This document shows positions 10,695 to 20,348 of a stretch of 64,000 nt of DNA, one piece after another. The notes under the pieces were generated by a model that did no database searches, had not been told where the DNA came from, and saw only the letters and a program-made list of their open reading frames with translations. Position numbers and translations under genes: made by a program. The stretch's first letter is position 1. The number at the start of each line of letters is the position of its first letter. Source of the stretch: a marine actinobacterium MedAcidi-G2B (GTDB taxonomy: Bacteria; Actinomycetota; Acidimicrobiia; Acidimicrobiales; MedAcidi-G1); the NCBI GenBank assembly GCA_000817115.1, contig JUEO01000004.1:1067-65066 (forward strand). Direction: 5' to 3'.

Positions 10695-11588
10695 ATGTAT
10701 CGAATTTGGTATTACTTTCGAGAAGCTTTTGCCAGCATATGGAGAAATTTGAGCCTAACTCTTGCTGCTATATTCACTGTTGCGATTTCATTGGCTCTTG
10801 TTGGAAGTTCTCTACTCGTAAGAGAAGGGGCAGAGAGGGCGACAGCACAATTTCAAGAAGGAGTTGAGTTCATAGTCTTCATGAATGCTGATGCAACAGT
10901 AGAACAAGATGGTGCCATCAGAGACGTATTAGAAAACAGCCCAGCAATTGAAGACTACGCCTACGTAAACCAAGAACAGGCATATGAAGAATTCAGCACA
11001 CTATTCTCGGATAAACCAGATTTAGTTAATAGCGTTTCACCTGCGGTGATGCCGCCTTCGTATCGGATAGTTCCAACTGATCCATCGGCCGCAAATGTGA
11101 CAGAACTCGCTCGCCAGTTTGCTAATCAGCCCGGAGTAAAAGAAGTAGCTACGGCAACAGAAGCCATTCGACAAATAGATGATTTTTCCACGCGTGTGAG
11201 CCAGGCTCTATTGATAGCCGCAGTTGTATTGGTAGTAGTTTCTGCGCTCTTGATTTTAAACACAGTATTTACTGCTATCGGCGCTCGTCGTCAGGAAATT
11301 GAAGTTATGAAATTAGTGGGCGCTACGAACTGGTTTATCCGCATCCCCTTCATGCTGGAAGGAACCATTCATGGTCTGATTGGGGCGGCTTTAGCTATTC
11401 CTGCACTCTTTGTTGTAGATAATAAAGTTCTTGCTTTCTTTCAAGAATCAGATGCAGTTCCACTCTTTAGAGGATTCGCTGTTCCAGATGGATTCGTTTG
11501 GGACACGAGTATTTGGCTTCTCTTGATAGGAGGAGCAGTAGGAATGATTGGATCAGCAATAGCAGTAACTCGTTATTTGGATGTGTAA
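10695..11588 (+). CDS. ftsX: Cell division permease FtsX
   Basis: ARRQEIEVMKLVGATNWFIRIPFMLEG; start moved to ATG 10695. Confidence 0.92.
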   Translation: MYRIWYYFREAFASIWRNLSLTLAAIFTVAISLALVGSSLLVREGAERATAQFQEGVEFIVFMNADATVEQDGAIRDVLENSPAIEDYAYVNQEQAYEEFSTLFSDKPDLVNSVSPAVMPPSYRIVPTDPSAANVTELARQFANQPGVKEVATATEAIRQIDDFSTRVSQALLIAAVVLVVVSALLILNTVFTAIGARRQEIEVMKLVGATNWFIRIPFMLEGTIHGLIGAALAIPALFVVDNKVLAFFQESDAVPLFRGFAVPDGFVWDTSIWLLLIGGAVGMIGSAIAVTRYLDV

Positions 11589-11590
11589 CC

Positions 11591-11953
11591 ATGAACGATC
11601 CAGAAAGTTCCAGGGAGGAAGAGTGGGTGCCTATTGCATCGGCAGATCTAACTCCCGGTGCAATAGTTGAAACGAATCTTGACTCTGAGGAATTAGTTGT
11701 TTGGCGAACGCAGGAAGGCTTTCCTTGTGTCATGGAAGCTCGATGTCCGCATCAGTGGTCGCATCTAGGTGCAGAAGGAGTTGTGGAGGGGGAAGAAATA
11801 GTATGCCTAACGCATTGTTGGAGATTTTCAAGAAATGGTGAGGGGTGGAAAGCTGGAATGACTGGCCGCCGTGATCGAAAAGGCGACATTATGATCTTGC
11901 CGTGCAAAGAAGAATCAAATCAGATATGGGTTCAAAGGAGAAAAGATGAGTGA
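11591..11953 (+). CDS. Rieske [2Fe-2S] domain protein
   Basis: CPH...CLTH Rieske ligands; likely start ATG 11591, just after the ftsX stop. Confidence 0.8.
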   Translation: MNDPESSREEEWVPIASADLTPGAIVETNLDSEELVVWRTQEGFPCVMEARCPHQWSHLGAEGVVEGEEIVCLTHCWRFSRNGEGWKAGMTGRRDRKGDIMILPCKEESNQIWVQRRKDE

Positions 11954-13013
11954 ACAAAAAGAATTTGATCAAAAATCAATTGGAAAATACACCATGGCTA
12001 CATGGGGCTATAAGCAAGGCGAAATGGTTTCATTAATGATTCATTTAGGGCACAGGCTGGGACTCTATAAAGCTATGGATGGGGCGGGAGAAGTCACCTC
12101 AGCTGATTTAGCGAGCATCACAGGACTTCACGAAAGATGGTTGCGGGAGTGGCTACGGAGCCAAGCTGCAGCACATTTGCTTGAATCTGTAGATGGAGAA
12201 GTTTTTTTGTTAGAGCCTGAGGCAGCGTTTGTCCTCGCACGAGAGGACTCTCCTTCCTTTGCAGCAGGAGCATTCGCTGTAGTGCGGCCAAAAGAAGTCA
12301 TAGATGGGATAATCAACTCCTTCAGGACTGGCCTGGGTTTAGATTATGACGGACTAGGCGCCGAATCTGCGCAACATGTTGAGGGAATGCTTGGTCCGAT
12401 GACAAAAGCACTTTTGCTGCCGAGGATCATTCCAAACCTTCCTGGAGTTGCAGAAAAATTAGAGTCTGGGGCTCGAGTTGTTGATATTGGTTGTGGAGGT
12501 GGAATGGTGATTGACATGCTTGCTGAAGCGTTTCCAGCTTCAACCTATGTTGGTTATGACCCTTCAGAAAGAGCCATAGAATTGGCTACCAAACGTTTAG
12601 AGGGCAAAGAAAATGTTGAACTTCTTCTGGCGGGCGGTGAGGACCTTCCAGATTCAGGAAATGTGGATCTCGTAATAACTTTCGATTGTTTACATGACAT
12701 GCCGCGCCCTGATCTCACCATAAAAGCGATTAGAGGTGCTATAGCGACGGATGGTACATGGCTTATAAAAGACATAAAGTCAAGCGCTAAATGGGAAGAT
12801 AATTTGAAGAACCCAATGTTAGCTTTTATGTATGCGACTTCTGTCGGCTCTTGTCTGCAGTCAGCAATGTCGGAGCCAGAAGCTTTTGGGCTAGGGACGT
12901 TAGGTCTCAACCCAGAGGTTGCAGAAGAGATGGTCAGGGAAGCCGGCTTTACACGGTTTGCTATGCATGATTTTCACGATCCAACAAATCTTTATTACGA
13001 AGTTCGTCCCTAG
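11946..13013 (+). CDS. Class I SAM-dependent methyltransferase with N-terminal wHTH (Rv2258c-like)
   Basis: GHRLGLY, LHERWLREWL, VVDIGCGGG, FDCLHD. Confidence 0.85.
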   Translation: MSEQKEFDQKSIGKYTMATWGYKQGEMVSLMIHLGHRLGLYKAMDGAGEVTSADLASITGLHERWLREWLRSQAAAHLLESVDGEVFLLEPEAAFVLAREDSPSFAAGAFAVVRPKEVIDGIINSFRTGLGLDYDGLGAESAQHVEGMLGPMTKALLLPRIIPNLPGVAEKLESGARVVDIGCGGGMVIDMLAEAFPASTYVGYDPSERAIELATKRLEGKENVELLLAGGEDLPDSGNVDLVITFDCLHDMPRPDLTIKAIRGAIATDGTWLIKDIKSSAKWEDNLKNPMLAFMYATSVGSCLQSAMSEPEAFGLGTLGLNPEVAEEMVREAGFTRFAMHDFHDPTNLYYEVRP

Positions 13014-13024
13014 TATTTCAACGC

Positions 13025-14284
13025 ATGAGCGAAACAGACGACCCCGGGAAAGAAATTCCGTCTCCTGATCCTTCTAACGGAGAAAGCGACTCAACAGAAA
13101 TTTCCCAAACTTTCGGGACTGAGGTATCAGAAGGGCACCGGCGTCGCCGTGGAACTTTCTTCAAGTACTCCAGCGAACAGAGCGGGACTCTTGCTTCTTT
13201 GAATCTAGAGGCCGGTAGTCAATGGACTGAGAAAGAAGCAGATAAACGGATAAGGGAGTTCCTTATCCGTTTAGCCGGTGACCGTGAATTAGTTCATGAA
13301 GCAAGCCCTGTTGAGTTTGCCCGTAAGAACGATCTACTTCTTTTGTTTGGCCCGGAAGAAGAAGAATTGTTTGCTAAATTGGCAGCCCGGTTTCCACCGG
13401 AAACATTACAGGTATGGTCAGAATTACTTGGTGGAGGGGATTCTTCGGACTCTTTCGGACCGCGTTCGAGAGCTGAACGACAAGACGAGAAGGCAATTGC
13501 TTTATCGATTAAGAAAGCATTCAGGAGAAGGGCTGTCACATTCTTGGTGGTGGTTGGCCTAGTTGTTTTCGCAATTTTATTCTTTAGACGCTTGGCTGAC
13601 GAAGGAATTGTTGATGATTCCAGTCAGGCTCTTCGGTTTGCTTCTCAAGGAAGTGAAACTGTTATAGAGGGAGAGGTAGCGGAGTTTGGTCCTCCAGTTG
13701 TGGAACCCAACCTCGTCACATTTGCTGACCTCCTTGTAGCTTTACAAGACGGTGAGGGCTCGCCCGAAGATCGTGTTCGGGAAGTCGTCTCAGAAAATAT
13801 CCTAAAAGTTGAACCTGGTGAAATCATCGCAACTGTTTTTGGTTATAACAGTGGTGGACAAGTTGCCTTAATTGGTCCTGAGGGCTGGTTAAGTGAAGCA
13901 TGTGTTCGTGTTTCAGCCACTGATGATGAATTTCGGCCTTTTGACGTTGTTGTCTTTGAGTTGACTCAGGGTTTGTGCTCTGAAGAGTTGTCTGGGCGCA
14001 AAGTTTCTCCGACTTGTTTGGGTGAAAACCTACTGATTGTTCCTTTGTATATACCTCAAGGGGAAGTAACTCATCCCGAAGGGGGAAGTGGATGGGCAGA
14101 AATGATACGTGTTGGGTATGAAATGAACGTTCCAGGATGGGAGACACTTGCCATAAGGGGAACAATCGCAGTAGGCGCTCAAGAAGGCCAGACAGAAATA
14201 CCTCTCTTTAGCGGGAAAATAGGTGACGAAATCACCGTTAGTTTTGATGAACTGAACACTGGAAGCTGCACTTTGATGCAATAA
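13025..14284 (+). CDS. Hypothetical single-pass membrane protein
   Basis: 419-aa ORF with one TM helix (AVTFLVVVGLVVFAILFF) and Cys residues in the presumed extracellular part. Confidence 0.7.
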   Translation: MSETDDPGKEIPSPDPSNGESDSTEISQTFGTEVSEGHRRRRGTFFKYSSEQSGTLASLNLEAGSQWTEKEADKRIREFLIRLAGDRELVHEASPVEFARKNDLLLLFGPEEEELFAKLAARFPPETLQVWSELLGGGDSSDSFGPRSRAERQDEKAIALSIKKAFRRRAVTFLVVVGLVVFAILFFRRLADEGIVDDSSQALRFASQGSETVIEGEVAEFGPPVVEPNLVTFADLLVALQDGEGSPEDRVREVVSENILKVEPGEIIATVFGYNSGGQVALIGPEGWLSEACVRVSATDDEFRPFDVVVFELTQGLCSEELSGRKVSPTCLGENLLIVPLYIPQGEVTHPEGGSGWAEMIRVGYEMNVPGWETLAIRGTIAVGAQEGQTEIPLFSGKIGDEITVSFDELNTGSCTLMQ

Positions 14285-14329
14285 AGCGGTGTGCAACCGT
14301 ATGAACTAATTCCGGCTACGGTTATAGTC

Positions 14330-15871
14330 GTGGCAAATATATCGAAAGACCGGGCTTCTAGAGCGCTTGATTGGACCGGAGAGCACGTAGTTACAACTGT
14401 TCATACTGCGCGACGAAGATACGATATGGCGCTGCTTAGATTTCAAGCAAGACTGGAGAGCCCTAAAGCAGATCGCATTTTTCCGTGGGCTGTAGCGCTA
14501 TGCCTATGGCTTGTTCTAGCTATATTAGCTGTGGCTCGAAGTAAAGATTTAGGCTTGGGCAGCACATTGGGTTTCCACTTGCAGGCTTTACATCTAATGG
14601 AATCTGGGGTTTCTCCTGATGTCAGCGAACTAGGTATAAATATTTTCGCTCAGCACGCTGCTTTTATTTTCTTTCCTATCGCATTATTGACGAAAATTTT
14701 CCCCCCCACTGAAACGCTTTTAGTTGTCCAGGCTTTTGCTATTGCAATAGCAGTAGTGCCGCTTTGGAGAATTGGTAGAGAGTCAGCAAACCTTCGGGTT
14801 GGTGCTTGTAGTGCTATTACTCTTGCATACGCTCTCCATCCATCGGTACAAAATCTCAATTTGGCAGGATTTCACCCTGAAGTGTTTGCTTTACCAGCAT
14901 TATTAGCCGCTTATCTTCAGGGACAAAAAGAGCGCTGGTGGGCGGTGGCCATTTTCCTTTTAATAGTTCTCTCTTCGCGCTCAGACCTAGGGCTAGCAGT
15001 CGCAGCTCTAGGAGTTGTTTTCATATTGGAAGAGAAACAGCGAAAAGGTGTTCTGGTGGCTGCCATAGGCCTCTCCTGGTTCTTAGTAATGGCATTTGTT
15101 GTTCAACCGGCTATAGGAAATGGAGAATACCCGCACCTCAAATCTTTCGCTTCATACGGGGCTGGATCTTTTGGTGTGCTATTTGGACTGATTTCTGATC
15201 CGTTCTCTGTTCTGGGTGATTTGTTTGAAAGAGAGAGCTTCGAAAAAGTTCTTCTTCTTGTAGCTCCAGTGCTTTTTTTACCACTAGTGCGGATGCGGTA
15301 TTTATCACCCGTACTTCCCCTTTTGGGCTTTTATCTAATAGCAGAAGCGGCAGCAGACAACTTGTATAACCCGCAACAAGATGTGGCGCTCTTAACATTC
15401 GTATTTATTGCTGCTCTTTATGCATTAGCACGAATAGGTCAAGCAGGTGTTAAGCGAATCCTTGTAGATAAAAGAGTATTAGCGGTACTAGCACTCACAG
15501 CAATAGTTTTCTTCGTGCGAGATGCTGCTTCTTCTCCCTACGAAGAACCTTGGGAATGGGGAAAAAGAGATGTTAGCGATGTTGCTCGTTTAGATGCGGT
15601 TGAAAATATTGAAATTTATGATCGTGTTCTAGCGCATCCAAGTATTTTCAATCTTGTCGCAGAACGCGAAACTATAAAATTATTACCAGATGATGATTAC
15701 TATCTTCCAAGTTTGGATCTTGTCGTAGGAATAGACATTGTGGTTTTTGATTCAAATGATCTTGAGTGGGAGCAGAATGACATTGAAACATTTGGTCGAG
15801 GACTCCAAACGCTAGGTTTCAAAGAAGAATTTGATAGAGCCGGCATTCAAGTTTATTCAAGACACCCTTAA
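14330..15871 (+). CDS. DUF2079-like GT-C-fold membrane protein
   Basis: Polytopic; ALHPSV..NL..FHPE motif; leaderless-type GTG at 14330. Confidence 0.7.
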   Translation: MANISKDRASRALDWTGEHVVTTVHTARRRYDMALLRFQARLESPKADRIFPWAVALCLWLVLAILAVARSKDLGLGSTLGFHLQALHLMESGVSPDVSELGINIFAQHAAFIFFPIALLTKIFPPTETLLVVQAFAIAIAVVPLWRIGRESANLRVGACSAITLAYALHPSVQNLNLAGFHPEVFALPALLAAYLQGQKERWWAVAIFLLIVLSSRSDLGLAVAALGVVFILEEKQRKGVLVAAIGLSWFLVMAFVVQPAIGNGEYPHLKSFASYGAGSFGVLFGLISDPFSVLGDLFERESFEKVLLLVAPVLFLPLVRMRYLSPVLPLLGFYLIAEAAADNLYNPQQDVALLTFVFIAALYALARIGQAGVKRILVDKRVLAVLALTAIVFFVRDAASSPYEEPWEWGKRDVSDVARLDAVENIEIYDRVLAHPSIFNLVAERETIKLLPDDDYYLPSLDLVVGIDIVVFDSNDLEWEQNDIETFGRGLQTLGFKEEFDRAGIQVYSRHP

Positions 15872-16269
15872 ACGTTTTTGTTGAGTTTGTCGCGTAAAAG
15901 ATCAGCCACTTCATCTAAGTCATCCGGGTCACCCATCTGTGCCTGAGTAAAGTCAAGATGCGACATATCTTCTATGGGAACACAATGAATGTGGGTGTGA
16001 GGAACTTCAAATCCAGCAATCATCAAGCCAACTCTGGCTGGTTTAAAGATAAGTTGTTGAGCTTCAGCAACCTTATGGGCGATGGTCATTAAGTGACTTA
16101 TAGATGCAGCACTAAGCTCGTGCCATTTATCAACTTCTTCTCTGGGTATAACGAGCACGTGTCCACGGTTCAATGGGCGTATATCAACCATTGCGATACA
16201 GGTGGAGTCTTCCCAAATAATACGGCCAGGGATTTCTTTGTTGATAATTTTGGTAAATATTGAAGTCAT
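15868..16269 (-). CDS. HIT family hydrolase
   Basis: SIFTKII, GHVLVIP, HTHIH triad; ATG 16269 with AAGGA SD. Confidence 0.92.
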   Translation of the reverse strand: MTSIFTKIINKEIPGRIIWEDSTCIAMVDIRPLNRGHVLVIPREEVDKWHELSAASISHLMTIAHKVAEAQQLIFKPARVGLMIAGFEVPHTHIHCVPIEDMSHLDFTQAQMGDPDDLDEVADLLRDKLNKNV

Positions 16270-16324
16270 TTGAATCCTTGACTGAGATTGCGGCAGTTCT
16301 GTTCTTGATCGTAGGCTGCAAATT

Positions 16325-16927
16325 GTGAAAGAAGGCGTATTTTCAAAGTACTTGAATCGGGAAGAGATTCTGACGCTCCCAAATTTGATCAGCCTTGCGC
16401 GCTTGGGTTGCATACCGTGGTTTGCTTGGCTTCTCCTAGCAAATGATGACAGAATTTATGCTGGTTTACTTTTAGGGATTCTTGGAGTGACTGACTGGGT
16501 GGATGGCTGGATAGCAAGAAAATTCAATCAGATAAGTGAACTTGGAAAGGTTCTTGATCCAACTGCTGACCGTTTACTTCTAATTGTTGCAGTTCCAGTG
16601 CTAATTATTGATGGCTCTGTTCCAGCTTGGTTTGCGATTGCGGCACTCGTCCGAGAGGTAATGGTAGGTGGAGCAGCAATACTCCTAGCTACTTTAGGGG
16701 CACGACGTATAGACGTGACTTGGTGGGGTAAAACTTCCACGTTTGCAATGATGTGGGCTTTCCCATGTTTTCTGCTTGGTGAATCAGAGATATTTGGGAG
16801 TGAATTTTTCTCTATTTTTGCGTGGTTATCCGGACTTCCGGGCCTAATTATTGCTTGGTTCTCTGCGGCTCAATACATTCCCTTAGCTCAGCTCGCTTAT
16901 AAAGAAGGGCGATCTTTAGAAAGTTAA
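16325..16927 (+). CDS. CDP-alcohol phosphatidyltransferase (PgsA2-like)
   Basis: TLPNLIS, TDWVDGWIARKFNQISELGKVLDPTADR. Confidence 0.9.
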   Translation: MKEGVFSKYLNREEILTLPNLISLARLGCIPWFAWLLLANDDRIYAGLLLGILGVTDWVDGWIARKFNQISELGKVLDPTADRLLLIVAVPVLIIDGSVPAWFAIAALVREVMVGGAAILLATLGARRIDVTWWGKTSTFAMMWAFPCFLLGESEIFGSEFFSIFAWLSGLPGLIIAWFSAAQYIPLAQLAYKEGRSLES

Positions 16928-17043
16928 AATGTGCACCGTACTTTTGTGTGATAACTAAAGCAGTAGACTGGACTGGAAGAGGAATGCGAGGAGTATTGAT
17001 TCTTGATTTCACGGCATGATGAGTTTAAAGAAAAGGAGGGCCG

Positions 17044-17508
17044 ATGATTTCTATAACTTGCCAAATTTGTGGGCATATAGATAAACAATCGTCTAGATTT
17101 TGCCCTTCTTGTGGAAATAGGCTCATGTATGAGAATGAAGAGAATACGGACGTTTTTGAAATTGTAGAGTCGATTCCTCACGAAGATGATCGAGCTCAGT
17201 TCCCTCAGGATTGTGGACTGCTTGTTGTTGAGTCTGGCCCAAAGGCCGGAGCACGTTATGGTCTTGAAGCAGAGATAGTCACTATTGGGCGACATGGCGA
17301 AGCCGATATATTTCTTGACGACATAACAGTTTCTCGTCGCCATGCGCAGATTGAACAGGCAAATGGGCAATATCAAGTAACCGATGCCGGTTCGCTTAAC
17401 GGAACCTATGTGAATCGTGAGCGGATAGATAATCTTGAGCTTCATGACGAAGATGAAATTCAAATCGGGAGATTCCGGTTTGTCTTTTTTCATGGAATAG
17501 GAAACTGA
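17044..17508 (+). CDS. Zinc-ribbon/FHA protein (GarA/OdhI-like)
   Basis: CxxC..CxxC N-terminus; IGRH..DIFLDDITVSRRHA..GSLNGTYVN. Confidence 0.88.
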   Translation: MISITCQICGHIDKQSSRFCPSCGNRLMYENEENTDVFEIVESIPHEDDRAQFPQDCGLLVVESGPKAGARYGLEAEIVTIGRHGEADIFLDDITVSRRHAQIEQANGQYQVTDAGSLNGTYVNRERIDNLELHDEDEIQIGRFRFVFFHGIGN

Positions 17509-17515
17509 ATCAGCC

Positions 17516-18256
17516 ATGGTTGGAGGAAACACTGAAGAGGTAACTAGCGCTTCTGATAGGACGATGTCAATAGGTGAAGTTCTTTCGGGCTTGGAACCAG
17601 AGTTTCCAGATATCACTATTTCAAAAATTAGGTTTCTTGAATCGCAGGGGTTGCTAGATCCCCAGAGGACTGCTTCTGGGTATCGAAAATTTTCAGTCCA
17701 AGATATGACTGTCTTGAGGTGGATACTTCGACAGCAACGGGAGCATTTTTTACCTTTAAAAGTGATTAGGCAGTTGTTGGATGAGTCAGGTGGTGAGATA
17801 CCAGAGGAAGTTAGTGGAGAAGAAGTAGCTGGGGATGTCGAGCCTTTCCGAGAAAGAGGGAACAGCCATACTTTCGTGGGTTCAGTGAGTGTAAGTCTCG
17901 AGGAGTTGGCAAAAGCTTCCGGACTAGAAATATCTACCGTGCAAGAGTTAGAGAAGATGGGTCTCTTGTTTGGTCATGAAGCTGGAAGTGTGACTGTTTA
18001 TGATGATGATTCCCTTTTGATTACTCGACTTGCTTCAACATTTTTGGATCTCGGCTTTGATATCCGTCATCTACGAATGTATTTAGTTTCAGCTCAACGT
18101 GAAGCGGGGACATTGGAACAAGTCCTACTTCCGCTTATGCGTGAAGACTCTGTGGCACGTTCTCAAGTCAACAAACAACTAGATGAATTGATAGATGCCG
18201 GTTCTCGCCTACGTCGAATAGTCTTACGCCGCTCACTTGGACGCCTCGGTCAGTAA
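17516..18256 (+). CDS. MerR-family regulator (Rv1828/FtsR-like)
   Basis: MSIGEVL..EFPDITISKIRFLESQGL..RTASGYRKF. Confidence 0.88.
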   Translation: MVGGNTEEVTSASDRTMSIGEVLSGLEPEFPDITISKIRFLESQGLLDPQRTASGYRKFSVQDMTVLRWILRQQREHFLPLKVIRQLLDESGGEIPEEVSGEEVAGDVEPFRERGNSHTFVGSVSVSLEELAKASGLEISTVQELEKMGLLFGHEAGSVTVYDDDSLLITRLASTFLDLGFDIRHLRMYLVSAQREAGTLEQVLLPLMREDSVARSQVNKQLDELIDAGSRLRRIVLRRSLGRLGQ

Positions 18257-18259
18257 AAG

Positions 18260-18853
18260 ATGAAATCTCCTCAACTGCTTTATACGCGCGATCAAATTAT
18301 TAAGCGGGTTGATGAGTTAGGCGCTGAACTGACTTCCGAATTAGAAGAAGGGGCGGTAATTGTAGGAGTGCTCAAAGGTTGCTTGCCTTTTATGGCTGAT
18401 CTTGTCAGAAGAATAGATGTATCTATTGAGATTGACTTTCTAGCTTTAAGCACTTTTACTCCCGACAGTGGGAGAGTTAGGCTAACTCGAGACTTAGATA
18501 CAGATATAACTGGTCGGCAAGTTGTTTTGGTTGAAGATTTAGTAGATACCGGGCTACGGCTAAATTTTCTGTTGAAACATCTAAGGGATCGTTCGCCGTC
18601 GGAAGTAAGGGTTTGCACAATGTTTGATCGGGTTGAGCGCCGAGTGTTACCTATTGACTTGGAACACGTCGGATTTGAACTTGATTCCTCTTTCGTTGTT
18701 GGCTATGGATTGGACTATGGAGGCCAGTTTAGAAACCTCCCAGAACTGGTTTCGGTAGAATTAGGGGACTTGGAAAAAGATCCGGAGGGTATATGTGAAA
18801 AGATATACACCCTAGGTGAAAGAGATCAAGTATCTTCTGTGGAAGCAAGTTAG
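18260..18853 (+). CDS. Hypoxanthine phosphoribosyltransferase-like protein (divergent)
   Basis: GVLKG..FMADL, VLVEDLVDTG, FVVGYGLD..RNLP. Confidence 0.82.
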   Translation: MKSPQLLYTRDQIIKRVDELGAELTSELEEGAVIVGVLKGCLPFMADLVRRIDVSIEIDFLALSTFTPDSGRVRLTRDLDTDITGRQVVLVEDLVDTGLRLNFLLKHLRDRSPSEVRVCTMFDRVERRVLPIDLEHVGFELDSSFVVGYGLDYGGQFRNLPELVSVELGDLEKDPEGICEKIYTLGERDQVSSVEAS

Positions 18854-18866
18854 TGGGAGAGTAATG

Positions 18867-19346
18867 ATGATTGAGATGAAAATAATAAATGTGCAGGAAG
18901 TGCTGCCGACCAACGTTCCTGTGGTGATACTTCAAGAAGAATCTGGAAATCGGCTGCTTCCAATTTTTATTGGGAGGCCGGAGGCAACAGCGATTGGCTT
19001 ATCACTAGCAAATCAGGACCCTCCACGCCCGATGACCCATGACCTTTTAGCCACTATTGTTGAACTACTAGGATTCAAGGTTGAACGGATAGAGATCACA
19101 GAACTGCGCGAAAAAACCTTCTTTGCTGATATTTACTTTCGTGGCCCAAACGGAGTAGAAGTTGTATCTTCTCGTCCGTCTGATGCCTTAGCTATTGCAG
19201 TTCGTACTGGAGCTACTATTTATGCTGATGAAGGAGTAATGGATCAAGCCAGTTATTTGGCTGAAGAAGAAGACACTCTTTCTGAGACCCAAATTGATGA
19301 TTTTCGTGATTTTCTAGATTCAGTAAATCCGGATGATTTTGCGTAA
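18867..19346 (+). CDS. Bifunctional nuclease family protein (DUF151)
   Basis: LPIFIG..EA.AI, RPMTHDL, SRPSDALAIA. Confidence 0.9.
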   Translation: MIEMKIINVQEVLPTNVPVVILQEESGNRLLPIFIGRPEATAIGLSLANQDPPRPMTHDLLATIVELLGFKVERIEITELREKTFFADIYFRGPNGVEVVSSRPSDALAIAVRTGATIYADEGVMDQASYLAEEEDTLSETQIDDFRDFLDSVNPDDFA

Positions 19347-19483
19347 TTTTCTTACTTTTAGTGATTAATTTCGCGCCAAGCGCGCGAAATAGTTGAATTT
19401 TTGACTAAAAAACTCTAATCTTAGAAAAGTACACGCATGTAGTTCACTGATGAACTGCATCCTGGCAAAGGTTTATACTCTCC

Positions 19484-19966
19484 ATGACTACCAATCAGAC
19501 AGAAAAAGGCTATAGCGGTAAAAAGACAGCTGAAATAGTTGGAATCACTTACCGTCAACTTGATTATTGGGCTCGAACAGATCTAGTTCGTCCATCTATG
19601 ACAGATGCTTCCGGATCAGGAAGTCGGCGTCTTTATTCATATAGGGATCTTTTGGAGTTAAAAGCGATTAAGACACTTCTCGATGCCGGAATACGTTTAG
19701 AGATGGTTCGTGAAGTTTTTTCTTACCTCTCAAGCGAACTGGATGAAGACGTAACGCAAGTAAATCTTGTGATCAGTGGTAATAAATCTGTTCTTGTGAG
19801 AAGTGGTGAAGAAATAGTCGATCTACTGCAAAATGGTCAAGGGGTATTAAACATTCTTCCCTTGGCCGGCGTTAAAGAAGAAGTTGATGCAAAGATAGTA
19901 GATCTAAATATCTTCTCAAGAAAAGGAGTGGATGGACGAGGATCCCCACTGGCGGTAAGTCAATAG
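19484..19966 (+). CDS. MerR-family regulator (Rv1830-like)
   Basis: GITYRQLDYWARTDLVRPS..GSGSRRLYS. Confidence 0.9.
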   Translation: MTTNQTEKGYSGKKTAEIVGITYRQLDYWARTDLVRPSMTDASGSGSRRLYSYRDLLELKAIKTLLDAGIRLEMVREVFSYLSSELDEDVTQVNLVISGNKSVLVRSGEEIVDLLQNGQGVLNILPLAGVKEEVDAKIVDLNIFSRKGVDGRGSPLAVSQ

Positions 19967-19985
19967 GTTACGCTCAGTTACACCC

Positions 19986-20333
19986 ATGTCTGAGTTGTAT
20001 CAAATCCCTAATTCGAAAGTAAGCGAAGAGTTTGCTCACGACTCTGAGAGACGAATAGCTGATTTATTTGATTTCTATGGGGTGTCTTGGGAGTACGAAC
20101 CAAGAACTTTCATCCTTGATGAAGATGAGGATGGAAATCCTCTTTCTGCTTTCACACCAGATTTCTATTTGCCAGACTATGACGTCTATTTAGAGGTAAC
20201 CACGCTCCGTCAATCTCTAGTAACTCTTAAGAATAAAAAGATTCGACAGATGGGTGAAAGGTATCCAGAAGTGAAAGTTCGAATTCTTTATCAGCGTGAT
20301 GTTGAAAGATTATTCGTAACTCACGCCGCTTGA
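19986..20333 (+). CDS. Small PD-(D/E)XK-like hypothetical protein
   Basis: SE..W.YEP..F..FTPDFYLP..YLEVTT pattern. Confidence 0.65.
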   Translation: MSELYQIPNSKVSEEFAHDSERRIADLFDFYGVSWEYEPRTFILDEDEDGNPLSAFTPDFYLPDYDVYLEVTTLRQSLVTLKNKKIRQMGERYPEVKVRILYQRDVERLFVTHAA

Positions 20334-20348
20334 TCAAAAGTTGAAAAA

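Noticed and set aside
16924-17616. 230-aa minus-strand ORF and the many other short antisense ORFs in the track
   Set aside because: They are shadows of well-supported genes on the opposite strand or in another frame, with no recognisable motifs.
19968-19980. BldD-box-like TTACGCTCAGTTA
   Set aside because: One mismatch to a degenerate consensus, in a 19-bp intra-operon gap; compatible with chance.
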